64,000 bases of DNA, from positions 74,772,001-74,836,000 of the forward strand of contig CM060731.1 in NCBI GenBank assembly GCA_030704615.1. Direction: 5' to 3'. The notes under the pieces are model-generated. The model did no database searches. It was not told the DNA's origin and saw only the letters and a list, made by a program, of their open reading frames with translations. Positions 36,101 through 49,550 of this stretch are shown here, one piece after another. Positions within the stretch are counted from its first letter, which is position 1. Each line of letters begins with the position of its first letter. A program made the translations under genes and the position numbers. Origin of the DNA: Takakia lepidozioides. Taxonomy: Eukaryota > Plantae > Bryophyta.

Positions 36101-37869
36101 CTCATGTTTTGTGAATTGACATGTTGGGAATTGCATTGGGTTTGCGAGTTCGCAGGTACACAAAATATGTGCTCATGGAGGGAAAACACTTGAGCGGTGT
36201 CCCTGATTATCTCGACATGTGGTGGGATCCTGCCAATAGCTGCTAATGTGGAGCGGCTGGTGGGAGAGAAGACTGAGATTATGGTGGTGGAGATGCAGCA
36301 CACAGTCGGGTTCCATTATCTGCGCCCCCAATATGAGATCCCACGCAGTAAGATCAACAAGATGGACTACGAGCACAACCGTGACGCTATAGTTCACTTC
36401 ACGCCTCCGTATATGGAAGGCAAAGCTGTGTCCCCCAGTTTGCTCGGTTTCTTGCTGTAAGTACCTTCTTCTCTGGATGGTGTTTGATTGTTGTCTTATT
36501 GCCTGGATCAGATCTTGTTGCACCATGATGATCTTCACTGAAACTTAATCATGTACACAACTGGGATTTTGAAGGACTGGAGTCCTGCCCTTTTCAGGGA
36601 CTGCGGATAATACCTCGACTGCCCTCCTGAGCATACAACGTTTCAAGAACAGCAAATGAAACATATGAACAACTGGCGCCTCTCGACGAGGACGAGTATC
36701 AGAGAAGAATAGCTGTATTGGCTGCGAAGGAGCATAGACTTTTTCATTTGTCTTTTGGTGACATGTTAGCCGCATGATTGATTTTATTATTAATACCAAT
36801 TTTCTGGATCTCCATTGTAGGAAAGGCAGCTGTGGGTCTTCAAGAGCCTCTATGATGTGGGATGATTCCGTATTCGACAACCCCCTGCCCAGTCTTTTTG
36901 CTTCTTATGTATGCAGAAGAAATGACACTTCGCACATGCATGGTTCCCATGGTTCAACATGACTGGCATGACATGGGAATTGTCAAGGCAATGAGGGGAA
37001 ACCATGTTGTAATAAACTTGTAAGCTCGGTCCACTCGAACGTTTGTTAGAGGATAAGGCATGCCAGGGGTTGGGGGGAAGGTATTATTTTCCTATTATTT
37101 GTTCTTCCATCTCGAACTACTGTGTATCTCTGCAGTGTCGCTATGTACTGCAATAATCTTTTGAATGTAATCCCAACTCTCATTGTTATTTGGGGAGGGA
37201 GCAAGGTCTTTCCCGTGGCAGCCTCTATGGCACTCACGTTGTGAAGTTATTTTGTCATCATTATAATTATAATAATGAAACTTACAATTCTAATCGCACA
37301 ATGTTGTGGAATGGATGCCACAGTTGTAGGCTTATTTCCCATTTCGGGTGTTTGATGGTAGTCTTCATTGTATTCATCCAACGATTGCCTAGATAAATCC
37401 CACGGTCATAGGACCCTCCTCGGATATATGCGTCGTATGTTTTGCTGATGTGGCAGATGACGAAGCAGCGCCATGTCAGCCTGCTGACATCACGCTCATG
37501 CTCACGCTCACGCCACGTCAGCGTTGGTTCACGCTCACGCCACGTCACTCCTGCATGAGCGTACGCTCACGCGCAAGGCTCACGCCGTTGCGTCGTTGCG
37601 ATGAAAAGCTGTCGGATGAATGAATTTGTGATGAATGAAAGTAGGGAAGGGATGAATGATGGATGAGTGTGGGATGAAAAATTGGCCTGATGAATGAACC
37701 ATGGATGACTGCTACAACATTCATTCTTACCGATCAGCATGTACGCATGGAAACATACATTAATCTGTTAGCATAATTCGCAGCCCATGTTGTCACACGA
37801 CAATTCAACCCATGAAAAAAATAAATGATTCCAAAAAACCTTTTCCATAAGCATTTCTATGCAGGGAAA

Positions 37870-38410
37870 CAAGCATTAAGGTGGCGTCAACGCCAGCTTA
37901 ATTCCAGACCCCTGTTGGCACATGACAATTCAACCTAGGGAAAAAAACCTAAGCGGTAAGCATGTGTGTGCAGGGGCTTGCCAGGATTAAGGTGTCGTCA
38001 ACGCCATCTTAATTCCCAACAAGTTTTCAAAAAAAATAAAAATCCAATATTTATTTTATTTTATTTTTCCGAATGTGCCAGATTAAGGTGTCGTTATTCC
38101 AGTACGAGTTGGCAAGTGACAATTCATGGAAAAACCAAAAACCCCAAAAATTTCAACCCCAAAAACTCCGATGACGGACAACCTTGGCGGTAAGGCGGTG
38201 TGTGTGCAGATGCTGGGGATTAAGGTGTCGCCAACGACATCTTAATTCCCAGTACGAGTTGGCACATAACAATTCATGGAAAAACCAAAAACCCCAAAAA
38301 AATTCACCCAAAAAAATTTGATGGCGAACAAGCCTTGGCGGTAAGGTGGTGTGTGGTGTGCAGGTGCTGAGGATTAAGGTGTCGTCAACGACATCTTAAT
38401 TCCCAGTACG
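37870..38410. repeat. Tandem repeats with the palindrome ATTAAGGTGTCGTCAACGACATCTTAAT
   Basis: Five copies at ~37876, 37986, 38082 (partial), 38219 and 38373. Confidence 0.85.
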
Positions 38411-41224
38411 TGTTTTGAAACATTTATTTATAAAGCACGAGTTCACCTCTTTAGATTTGGATGTGAGTCTCTCTCTCAACCTTGGATACCTGGAAAAATG
38501 ACAAGTAACCCCTCCTCCATCAAAAAGCAATGTGGATTCATTGTTGACAATATGCACTGCACTTTCATAATTGATTTGCAAGCAAGACTAGCATGGTTTA
38601 AAGGATTTCGGAGCTCGGGGGATTTCGGAGCTACTACTACAAAACAACTTTGTATTATTTCATTCATCCATGTCTCATTCATCATACAAACATTCATCCG
38701 CCATTCATCCCTCATTCATCCCAACAACATCCATAACCAAGCTTGTAATACTAGCCACTCTGCTTAGTAATAGGTCTTCTAAGTCGAATAGGCGTCCGCG
38801 GTTATAGGTGAGCAGATCTTGAAGCGTGAGCAGAATTGTGCTCATGGAATTTTTGCTCACGGGATCTGCTCACGAAATAGCATCCCCCCATGCGTTCCTC
38901 CCCTGTGGCAATCCTTCTCAATTATGACCAGGGATCTAAATCAAAAGCATCAGATTGCCGTATTCGAGGCTCTAAGAGCCTCCACCCTATGGAATATCTA
39001 GAAGGGGCGTTGTGCATGGACCCTTGATGGTGAAAATACTTACTGTGAGTGTGTGCTTGAATTAGTTTGGATTGGATGCGGGGTTCAACTACCGCTATCC
39101 TCACAATGGTATCCTTTGATCTTATTGTGGCAGCTAATTAAGCTTGGGGAGTGCTATGTGCAGAGGTCACCAGGAGACCAGAGCGCCAGTATGCCCTCCT
39201 CTCTGCCTTCCGATCAACATGGGGGAAGCATGGGGTCCTTTTATCGCTGCACTGATGGTCTCTCTTGTGTGTGGGCAGACACAATTCCACCCCAATGGCA
39301 GGGCCACAGATCCAGTCTCTTCGGCCTCCCCAGAATTTGAGAGATCGGACCGGTCGGATATGAATTGGAGACACATCAGATCCTCCTCAACGGCGAGACT
39401 CCAATTCCACAGATAGATTTTTTCTACAAGTGGCCACCTTCTGTTTCTAGTTTCATAGCTCTTCAATCCCTTTGATCTCGGCATACTCTAGAGTGTCAAG
39501 AATTCAGGTGTTTTTCTCAGTTCAGTGACTTTCCTTTGGAGGAAGATATGACTAAGAGATGGATGATGTACCTAACTTTTTATTGATGTTGACTTTGGGA
39601 ATTTTCACAGCAATTTGTTCGAACAGGATTTGTTGAGGCCCTTCAGATCATCCTTTAAACCCATGTCACAAACTGGAAACAAGTTCAGTACGCCAGGACT
39701 TAAGCCTCTCTCTCTCTCTCCCCCTCCTAAAGAGTGCTGCAATTTCAAAACCAACAAAGGTGCCAGACTTCAGACATAACGCAAAGGTTCTCACCACCAG
39801 TGGGCACCTGAGCTGCCGTAGCTTCAATCAGAGGTACTACTACAGTACTCGGCTGCTTTCCTAACAGGGAGAGAAAAAATCACATTCACCTAAGCAACAA
39901 CAGATACAATCCACTTCACAAGCATCAGCATGCCAGCTAAGGTCACAAAACCTACTGGCAAACTCTTTCAGATTGGTTAGTCCTTAAACCCAATTAGTGT
40001 CATGCCTGGCACGGGTGTTGCCAACACGAAACCGGCTTTTGTTTTCCATTATTTTTAGGGTATCAAGGTGACTGAGGAAAACTAAATAAAAAAGACTTAC
40101 TAAGAGGGTTGAACCCCTCTCCTCCTGGTTCAACCAGAGATTCAGCTGGAGGAAGCACATAGGTATTACCATGCTCCAAGGACATCATGGAACCTGGGAC
40201 AAGTGGATACACAGAAGGAAGCAGGAGGTTCTGCCCCACACTCCCAGTCCTTTATAAAAGCAACCCCTTGATTGCCTCATCGACAGTGTCAAGGTACTGT
40301 GACTGGAGAGTAGATAAAGGCTGCCTAAGGTATCTAATGAAGGTTACAAGTACTGAATGGTCATGCTTGGAGGGAGGGAGAAAGGCATGGATGACAGCAG
40401 GAGGGACACCAACAAAAAGTGTAGTGGTGGGAAAGGAGCTTAACCCTGTTCTTTGCTGGTTTAATCCGCCACTTGTGACGATGAACAAATAACCATTGGG
40501 CTCCAAGGTTGTCCCAACTGTGCCAGGAAGCAAGGAAACATATCATCTATATTGACATGACAAAACATGAGAACAAAAATGAATGAATCCTTGTTCCTGC
40601 AGCTCTAGCAGTCTGAAGATACTGATACTGCAAATCTCCAGTGGTATATTCAATAGCCTTGCCTGTGCACAGGCCAATTACAGATTTTGAGAGAGAGCCA
40701 CCTACTTCAGAAGCGTGTGATGGGTTCACTACATCCATCGTAAAGTAAAGTCCCAACATGTGCCAACAATCTCTCCCCTTGCCCCTAGAAGCCCCACACC
40801 ATCCACACAAACCCATCAGCCATCTTTCTCTAAGCTTAGCTTCAACCCTCTTTTGTGGCATCAGGACTTCAGTACAAACACATGAGCAAAGACATCAAGG
40901 CACATGCCATAACATTGCACAATCCCACGAGATAATAGCATCTGGAAAGCGATTTCACAGATAGAGAAAGTGGGTTTATCAGACAATACAAGTGCATGCC
41001 AGGCAAGCACATGGTCTCCTTCATTTGCTCAAACAAACTCTTAAGCTCACAAGGGATTTTCGCAACTTGTGGATGCAATTTATCTTCCATACGAAATGTA
41101 CAAACCATGTTACAACCTCAATGCAGCTGCTCCCTCACAAGTTTCTGACATCTGTCCTTACATCATTTGTGTTCATCCCTCCAGCAAGGCTCAACATAGT
41201 AGTCATCGCAGCTGCTGCCTGCTG

Positions 41225-41935
41225 ACAATGCTTTTCGTCACATGTTCTGCTACCTCCACATCTCCATGAAGTTTGCACGCACCAAGCAAGCCCTCCATAC
41301 CCTATGGTTGGATTGACATTTTGCTACTATAAACTCCTCTGCCTCATCTAATCGCCCTGCGCGGACAAGAAGGTCCACCATGCAGCCAAAATGCTCCAAC
41401 GTAGGAGTCGGGCCATGATCTGAAGCCATGGAATCAAAATAATGAGGGCCTTCATCCACTAGGCCCACATGGCTACATGGAGAGAGAAGAGATAAAAGTG
41501 ATAGCATCTGGCTTAAAGCCTTCCTGTCACATTTGTTCAAAGACATGGAAGGCCTCCCTACCACACCCATATTGAGCACATCCTGCAATCATCACATTCC
41601 ATGAGACCACATTTTGTATGGCCATGTTGTCAAATACTCAGTGTGCATCATTCATGCTCCCGCATTTGGCATCCATGTCCACAAGGGAAGTTACCAGATT
41701 TGTGTATGGAGCAATTCCAGCTTTGATGATGACAGAATGGACCTCTTTGTCGTTTTCCAGGGCACCACTGCCTCCCGTTGCATATTCTCATAGATCATAA
41801 AAGCCTCCCTACTACAGCCATGTTTGGCATATCCTGCTATCCTTATTTTCCATGAAAACAAACTTCTTTCAGGCATTTTGTCAAACACTTGATGTGCAAG
41901 CACTGCACTCCTGCACTTGGCATACATATTATCTG
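41225..41935 (-). pseudogene. PLS-class PPR pseudogene fragment, paralogous to the adjacent gene
   Basis: [60 protein letters not shown]; stops, frameshifts and deletions. Confidence 0.88.
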
Positions 41936-42194
41936 GGAATTGAATCTCTCCTTGACGAATTTGATTCTGGGAGTGGATTGTAGAGCATAATGGGCTTGGA
42001 ATCCTCAGACTGCAGCCAGTCCCCATTTACAAATGGAAAAAAGGTTGTGCAGCATCCACCATGTAGGATCTCCCTCTGAGATCGGCGTGTGAAACCCCTC
42101 CACGCTCAAGGACGCTGGGACATCATCATCCCTTCCCCGCGCTGCAAAACACCTCTCCTTGGTTATTTTCGGGCAGGTTCCAAAGAAATTGACG

Positions 42195-42354
42195 ACGACG
42201 ATGACATGTCTACGATGACGTGGCTACAATGACGTGGCTACAATGACGTGGCTAAGGTGACATGTCTACAATGACATGGCGAAGATGACGTGGCACTATG
42301 GCACCCTACTCCTGCTCTATGCTAAACTAGTCTCCGACCTTCAGTTGTCGCTAG
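42195..42354 (+). repeat. Short dispersed repeat ending in CTAG (possible non-autonomous Helitron-like 3' end); related copy at 58127-58194
   Basis: 14-bp tandem ACAATGACGTGGCT, then CACTATGGCACCCTAC..AAACTAGTCTCC(G/A)ACCTTCA..CTAG shared by both loci. Confidence 0.4.
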
Positions 42355-42392
42355 TATTAGGGATGCACTTACTTTCAGGCAATTTACTCTTC

Positions 42393-45300
42393 TCACCAGT
42401 AATCCCCACAAGAACAAACCCCGTCATGGAAGTGGTGAAATTGGCTGGTATCCCATACAATAATAGTTCGCCCAACAATCTTGGAGATGAACTTGGTGGC
42501 GGTGTGACACTCCACATACCCGAAGGTTCTTATTGACATGGAATGGCATCCAGCTGGGGTGCTGATGCGCCCAAAGGCAATGGCCAGCTTCTCACTGGTG
42601 GCAAAGAGAGAATTGCTTCATGTCCTCCTCCACATCATGCAGTACAAAGTGTGTGTTAGGCACATACCCAGCCTGCTTCATCCACCCAGACAAGCCATTC
42701 ATCATGGATCTCCTCAAGTTGTGGATGCAATCTTCTACAAAACATGTATGCACCTGACTACCCACCTCATTCCAGCTGCACCCTGGCTCCTTTCTGATAC
42801 CTTTGTCCTCCATCATTTTTCTTACCTTTGCTCTATCGTCCCACCTCCCAGCCGCAGCATAGATGTTTGATAGCAGCGCATAAGTTGGAGCATCGTGTGG
42901 ACCCCACTTGAGAAGGCAATCTGCCACACGTTCTGCCAGCTCCACATCACCATGAACTCTGCAGGCACCAAGCAAGGTCCCCCACACTGAAGCATCTGGC
43001 TCAATCGGCATATTATTGATGAAATCCTCTGCCTCACCTAACCGCCCTGCACGGCCAAGAAGGTCCACCATGCAACCAAAATGCTCCATTGTAGGACTGA
43101 TGCCATGATCGTGGCACATGGAAGTAAAGTAGTGATGGCCATCATCCACTAGGCCCACATGGCTACAAGCAGAGAGAACACATGTAAAGGATATACCATT
43201 CGGCTTCCACCCTTCCTGTTGCATTTGTTCAAACAGTTGGAGGGCTTCCCGACTACACCCATGCTGAGTGTATCCTGCGATCATTGCATTCCATGAGACC
43301 ACATTTCGTTGAGCCATATAGTTGAACACTTGACACGCATCCTTTATGCTCCCGCATTTGGCATACATGGTAACAAGAGCAGTATCCAGAATGATATCTG
43401 GGGCAATTCCAGCTTTAACGATTTCATTATGGATCTCTTTGCCTTTGTCCAGGGCTGCCAGACTGCCACACGCATGGAGAACGCAAGTGAATGAGACCTT
43501 GTCCGGTGTCAGTCCTCCCTGTATCATTTCCTCGTAGATCTCCAAAGCATCCCTACCATAACTGTGCTGAGCATATCCTGCGATCATTGCGTTCCATGAG
43601 ATCACATCTCGTTCAGCCATATAGTCAAAAACTCGACGTGCATCCTCTATGTTCCCGCATTTGCAATACATGGCAACAAGGGCAGTATTCAGAATAATAT
43701 CTGGGGCAATTCCAGATTTGATGATGTCAGCATGTACCTCTCTGCCTGTTTCCAGGGTTGCCTCACTGGCACATGCATTGAGAACACAAGTGAAGGTGAC
43801 CTTGTCAGGAGTCATCCCTTCCTGTATCATTTGCTCATAGATTTTCAAAGCCTCACTCCCATAACCATGCTGAGCATATCCTGCAATAATCGTACTCCAT
43901 GAGACCACATCATGTTCAGCCATATTGTTAAACACTTGGCGTGCATCCTCTATGTTTCCGCATTTGCAATACATGGCAACAAGGGCAGTATTCAGAATGA
44001 TATCTGGAGCAATTCCAGCTTTGATGATGTCAGCATGGACCTCTTTGCCTGTTTCTAGGTCTGCCAGGTTGGCACACGCATTGAGGACGCAAGTGAAGGT
44101 GACCCTGTCAGGCATGACCCCTGTCCATATCATTTGTTCATAGATCTCCAAAGCCTCACTCCCACATCCAAGCTGAGCATATCCAGCGATCATTGTGCTC
44201 CATGCAACCACATTCCGTAGGGCCATACTGTTGAACACTTGGCGCGCAGCTGTTATGCTCCCACATTTGGCATACATGGCAATAAGGGCAGTATCCAGAA
44301 TCACATGTGACCCAACTCCACCTTTGATGATGTCGGCATGGACCTCTTTGCCTATTTCCAGAGCTGCCAGGCTGCCACACGCATTGAGAACGCATGTAAA
44401 CGTGAACTTGTCTGGCCTCACACCTTCCTGTATCATTTGCCTATAAATTTCCAGGGCCTCCTTATTACACCCATGCTGAACATATCCTGCAATCATTGCA
44501 CTCCATGAGACAACATCTCGTTGAGCCATAGTGTCAAACATTTGACGCGCATTGTTTATGCTCCCACATTTTGCATACATAGCACCAAGAGCAGTATCCA
44601 GAATGACGTCTGGGGCAACTCCAGCTTTCAGGATGTGAGCATGGACCTCTTTGCCTTTTTCCAGAGCTGCCAGGCTGGCACATGCATTGAGCACACAAGT
44701 GAATGTGACTTGGTCTGGTGTCACACCTTCCCCTATCATCTGCTCATAGATCTCCAAAGCCTCCTTATCATACCCATGCTGAGCATATCCTGTGATCATC
44801 GTGTTCCAGGAAACCACATTCCGTTGAACAATATTATCAAACACTTGACGTGCCTCTTTAATGCTCCCGCATTTAGCATACATGGCAACAAGGGCAGTAT
44901 CCAGAACGACATCTTGTGCAATTCCAATCTTGATGATGTTGGCATGGACCTCTCTGCCTTTTCCTAGGGCTGCCAGGCTGGTGCATGCACTGAGAACACA
45001 AGTGAATGTGACCTTATTGGGCATCACCCCTTCCTGTTGCATTTGCTCATAGACCTCAAAAGCCTCCTTACCTTGCCCATGCTTGGCATATCCTGTTATC
45101 ATGATAGTCCACGTAAACAAAGTTCGTTCAGGCATTGAGTCAAACACTTGTCGTGCATCCACCACGCTCCCGCACTTGGAATACATATTGACTAGGGTAT
45201 TAAATAGAAAGATGTTTGGCTTAAATCCACTTTGGATAATATGGGTGTGAACCTGCTTTCCCTCTGCTAAGCCTTTTATGTGGGTGCACTCCTGCAAGAG

Positions 45301-45510
45301 ACAGATATAAGTACTAGAGTCTGCTGAAATTCCTCGTTGGTTCAAAATATGCAGTGCCTCTTTCAACTGGCCTGTCTTACATAGCGTCTTCACATCCCCA
45401 CAACTGCCAAAAGAGTTCTTGTTGACTCCCGCTTTTGGACCTCTTTTAAAAGCATTGAACGTGGTGGAGGTGTCTGATTCAAACAACTGTGCCTGGTTCA
45501 AACCTGCCAT
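42393..45510 (-). CDS. PLS-E-DYW pentatricopeptide-repeat protein (organellar C-to-U editing-factor class); open to 42592, DYW domain frameshifted
   Basis: Seven L-S-P triplets plus L2-S2, E1/E2 and RKEPGCSW (PG box). The remnants [26 protein letters not shown] and [15 protein letters not shown] (stop at 42393-42395) lie in shifted frames. The ATG at 45510 follows a possible acceptor, so an upstream exon is possible. Confidence 0.93.
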
Positions 45511-48223
45511 CCTGCATGACTCAGATTTTCTAGTTACAAACAATTACACTCTAACTCACATAATCTACTCAAATGAAGATGCCTCCGAAGGACAGGCTCC
45601 TTGACACATGTCGACATGGTTACAAATTAGTGCAGTCACTCTGAGAGTAGATTCTGCTGATTCTATCTGTAGGAGTTGAAACCCTTACTTCGTCAAACAA
45701 TACTCGCTGTATTCCTGGCCTGGAGCTCCATGGTGTATACAATCACCAGAGTTTTCTTGAGCTTGTGTCATGGCAGAAAGCTCTGCTTTCACCCAACGTG
45801 GGTTTGACCAGCCCTCAATACAAAGGACATCACTTGTGCACTTATGTTTGAGGTCTGGTGATCTTGGACTGTTCTGGTAGAACCACCAGTCCACAGCAGA
45901 GCAGCCATTGAATCAACCATGCACAAAACCAAGGCAAATCCAACAAAGATTCAAACCACTTTCAAACAATGCCCAATAGCAACACAAAGGCATTCTTTTG
46001 TTGCTTTTAGCAGAATTATCGCTTCTTGAAGCCTTTAGGAGTACAATCTAGTCCAAAAAACAACATACTGCCAATTTCCATCACAAGCCCTCCTTGACAT
46101 ACTGTTCCACTTGGTAAATGAAGATAGTTCTCACCTTATCACACCTATTGTCCCACCCCTCCGAAGGATCTGGGAGTAAGTCCTGCCAGAGCCATTCTTT
46201 GCTGATTACTTGACCTGTGTGCCAGAACTGCAAGAACATGAGAACTTTGGCAGATCCCAAAGCTCGGAATCCAGCATAGGCTTTACATTACTAGATCCTC
46301 CTGCATCATATCTTTAGAGCCTAACAATAGCAGGCAAAAGATTTGCATGTCTATACCTCCTTTGAGTTTCTCTGTAAGGTGGGGAGACGTCTTAACCATC
46401 ACTTGTAAGGGTCTGAACCTCGGCATCGCCAAGCTAGATGCCCGCTTTAACTCCACAGAATGGCCCGTCAATATGTTGCATGATATGAGGTCACCCGCTA
46501 GTTCACCAAAACAAGCAGACAGGCATTTGGGCATGGCCATTATCTGCAGGCTCACTCGCTGCCATCCCTGGAGCGCATAGTTGTTTTCCTGTCTGTGCAT
46601 GTGAGAGGTACGTACAAGACTGCCCCCATAAAAAATCTGTTGCCACACTCACTCTTAAAAATAAAACCCGAACAGTGGGAAGGAACAGTGGAAAGGAGAA
46701 GAAAGAGGGTATTTGAGATGTAACTACTCTTCTGTCCGTGATCCGCTTCTTGATTGGGAAGATCCATTGGTTCTCACTTTGCTTCGATGCCATTAGAGTC
46801 TTGATTTAGAATATAGGGTGGTCTTTGTTTGGTTGTGCCGTGCGACGGGGCATGCGGGGATGCTGGAGGAACAGGTGTGGAGTAGGCTTTCTGAAGACTT
46901 GCTACTATCAATGAGAGCATGCCTACCCTTCCAAGACTTTGCTGCTTCCACTCGGTCTCCAAAATCCCTGCAGTTGACTAGCAATTTTCTAGAACTTCAT
47001 AATAAACAGGTTACTATCCCGAAGGAGGAGTACTTGCTTTTGCGGTGATTGCGAGAGAGAAGAGGCCTCTCCAGCTGATGATCTCACAGCCAATTCAAAG
47101 CAAAGCATATACGATTTCTGGATGCCCTTGCGAAATATGTGGCACACTTCCAGCTCGCTGTACATGGAGGCGTTGAATCATACGAAACTCGAGGTCAGAT
47201 CTGAGTGCAGATAGAATGTTCAGCAAGGAAACGTGCCTTTGCACGCTGCCGTGCCTTCAACACGAGTGTATAGCGATGGAATGCAGAGTACATAACGCAT
47301 TCCTTCCATGGCAGTTTTCTACTGCGGGAGTGTCAAAGCTTATCGTACTTGTAGTCGGTGATGCAAGGGGCAAGTCACTAAGAGAGACCAATGTAATGCA
47401 AATCAATCTCACCCAAAAGTGAGAGTAATTCTCAGTTCAACGCTGCACACATGGTTCCCAGTGATGACGATATGATATTGACAATGCAGATGGATTTGCA
47501 ACTATGCTGCGGATTGGGTTTGCAAGGACATCTGGCGTACCAAAAGGCAAAATACAGAGGTCTCCTCAGCCAACATTAGGTCATTCATCTCTAAATTCCG
47601 GAATTGCTTGGAAGACTTCCTGGATAATTAATACTTTTAACTTTCAAATCTTTCATTGCAAGACAACTACAGCAGAGTAAGTCAATCTGGGGAAAGATGA
47701 GAGAGAGGGAGAGAGGATACAAATGTGTTGCTCTGTTTCTAGTGCTCAATGTGAAATACATTAACCTCGCTCACAGACAATGGTTATGGAGATGAAGTCA
47801 AGACTGGCATACCAGCTTGACAGCATTTTCTTTGTAAGAGCAAACAGGGCTGGGTCTCTCAAGTAAGAAAGCCACTTCTAATGCACTGTTCCTACAATGT
47901 TCCTACATGAAAGTACCAATGTCAGTGCTCCTTTGATCCTCCTCCGTGTCAATGAGAGGGGGAGGGAGATATTGAAAGCCATCCATGGACAAGATTATAG
48001 ACCTAAGTCAAAAAATCAGTAACGAGCAGCTGACAACCCCTTCTGGAGGTGTGGCACAAATACATTTTTTTAATTATGCTTTGCCCTGCCTCCCCCAGAC
48101 CACATCTTTCAAGAAAAGATGACCTGAGCCAGGAGCCTGCAACTGTATCAGGACCACTCTTCCCTTTCCCCCTCGACTGACCAACCAGCAGACAAGACTC
48201 TCAAATGTGACCACTAGGACTCT

Positions 48224-49550
48224 TCAGTAGAAGAATCCCAACACCTTGCCTCCCACATTCTTCCTCCTAGCCTCATCATGATCCATGATTCCAGCTGATG
48301 TCGTCAATACAATGTAGCCAAACTGTAGCACAGAAACAATAATTAGGGCACACCTGAAGCAGTTATCCTTTGTCAGAACATAACTATACTTGTACAATTG
48401 TTCTGATTGATGACAAATGAAGCCAGAACTACCTAACATTATAGACAGAAAGGAAACCATAGGTATACAGCTAACAAATGAGGTCCAGAAATAAAAACCT
48501 ACCTGGCGAGAAGGAAGCAGGCGGGCAGTCCAGGCTTCCAGCTCACTAACACCGATGTTGTAGCGGGGACTGATGACACCACACTTATTAAGTCTTCCAT
48601 TGAGCTCTACTACGATCTTTCCAGCTCGGTGGTCATCGACCAACTCAAACTCACCGATGTAGCCTGCAGTGCCATACAACATTGGGTCACAGCTCAGCAG
48701 AGAAAGCTAGACTTCTCTACAAACAGCTACCACCCACATTCTTTATTCAAATGGTTTACAGAGGCTAGGTTTAGGCTGACTGGTTTTGGACAAAGAATTA
48801 AGACAGCCATTTTATTGCTTCGGAGATGGTTTGGGCATTGTCCTTGAGTATGGAAGTAGTTCAGCCTACATGTGTATACTGGCAGAAAGTCAGCTCCATC
48901 TACGTTATAAATAGACAGGTTGCAACTCACCCAGCTACTAACTGTTCATAAGAGAGATCAAATTCTTTGCAAATATGTAATACATTCCCATGAAATGGTG
49001 TCTAGGAACCTCTGTTTGGCAACTCTTTGGTATTCCTAGCAGAAACCCAAAAGAAGCAAGGCCTAGCCATCTGCTCTTCTCCACAAGCCCGCGAGGCCAG
49101 CATCCACCAGGAAACACATCTGAAAAGAACTGGAAGCGGTGGCAGTTGATTGGGTTCTACCTCCCCTACAATGTGCGGTGCACAACAACTGAAGTCCTCG
49201 AACCACCCTTTTCCAGATGACTAAGACGAGACAACTTCAGAGACAAATATGCTGGAACCTCTGCAGCTGCCTCCCTTACTCCCAATCTACCATTATGTAC
49301 CCCGTGAGATTAAGAGATAAAAGCATCTGGCGAGCGATCTGATAACAAACGGTCAAATTCAGCCAGCTGCCGATAGGTATCAAAAAGAAAACAGTACGGT
49401 AAGGTATCGAAAGGCACCATGCTTCTGCATGACGGTCAAGAACTTGATGATGACCTTGGAAGAAGGCTTGATCAGCACCTGGCGCTTTCCGCGCTTCTCC
49501 GCATTGAACATGTTCTTCAACGCATCGTTCAGCACACTGATTCTCACCAT
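48224..49550 (-). CDS. RPS15A: 40S ribosomal protein S15a (uS8), 130 aa; exons 49550-49418, 48663-48503 and 48322-48224
   Basis: [114 protein letters not shown] introns in phase. A probable 5'-UTR intron at ~49562-49918. Confidence 0.98.

Larger units (their letters stand above)
34312..38888. mobile_element. Complete non-autonomous TIR DNA transposon (4577 bp), MULE/foldback-like
   Basis: Termini GAGAGAAGCTA / TAGCATCCCCC (8/11 inverted match). Flanked by CATGCATTT (34303-34311) and CATGCGTTC (38889-38897). Interrupts a LINE frame. GCTCAC(G) motifs at both ends. No transposase recognised. Confidence 0.75.
32870..39400 (+). mobile_element. LINE ORF2 post-RT part (to zf-RVT and beyond), degenerate, split by the 34312-38888 insertion
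   Basis: ANQVLLAG..NFIWG, WSNIRKAW, KFSAFLWQVAIDSLKVG..CQCC..ESLEHCLLH; continues after 38889 with LRASTLWNI*KGRC. The right boundary is approximate. Confidence 0.8.

Noticed and set aside
36150-37020. Exon-like remnants inside the TIR element (possible Ulp1-like protease or transposase)
   Set aside because: Splice-like boundaries exist, but no diagnostic catalytic motif could be supported.
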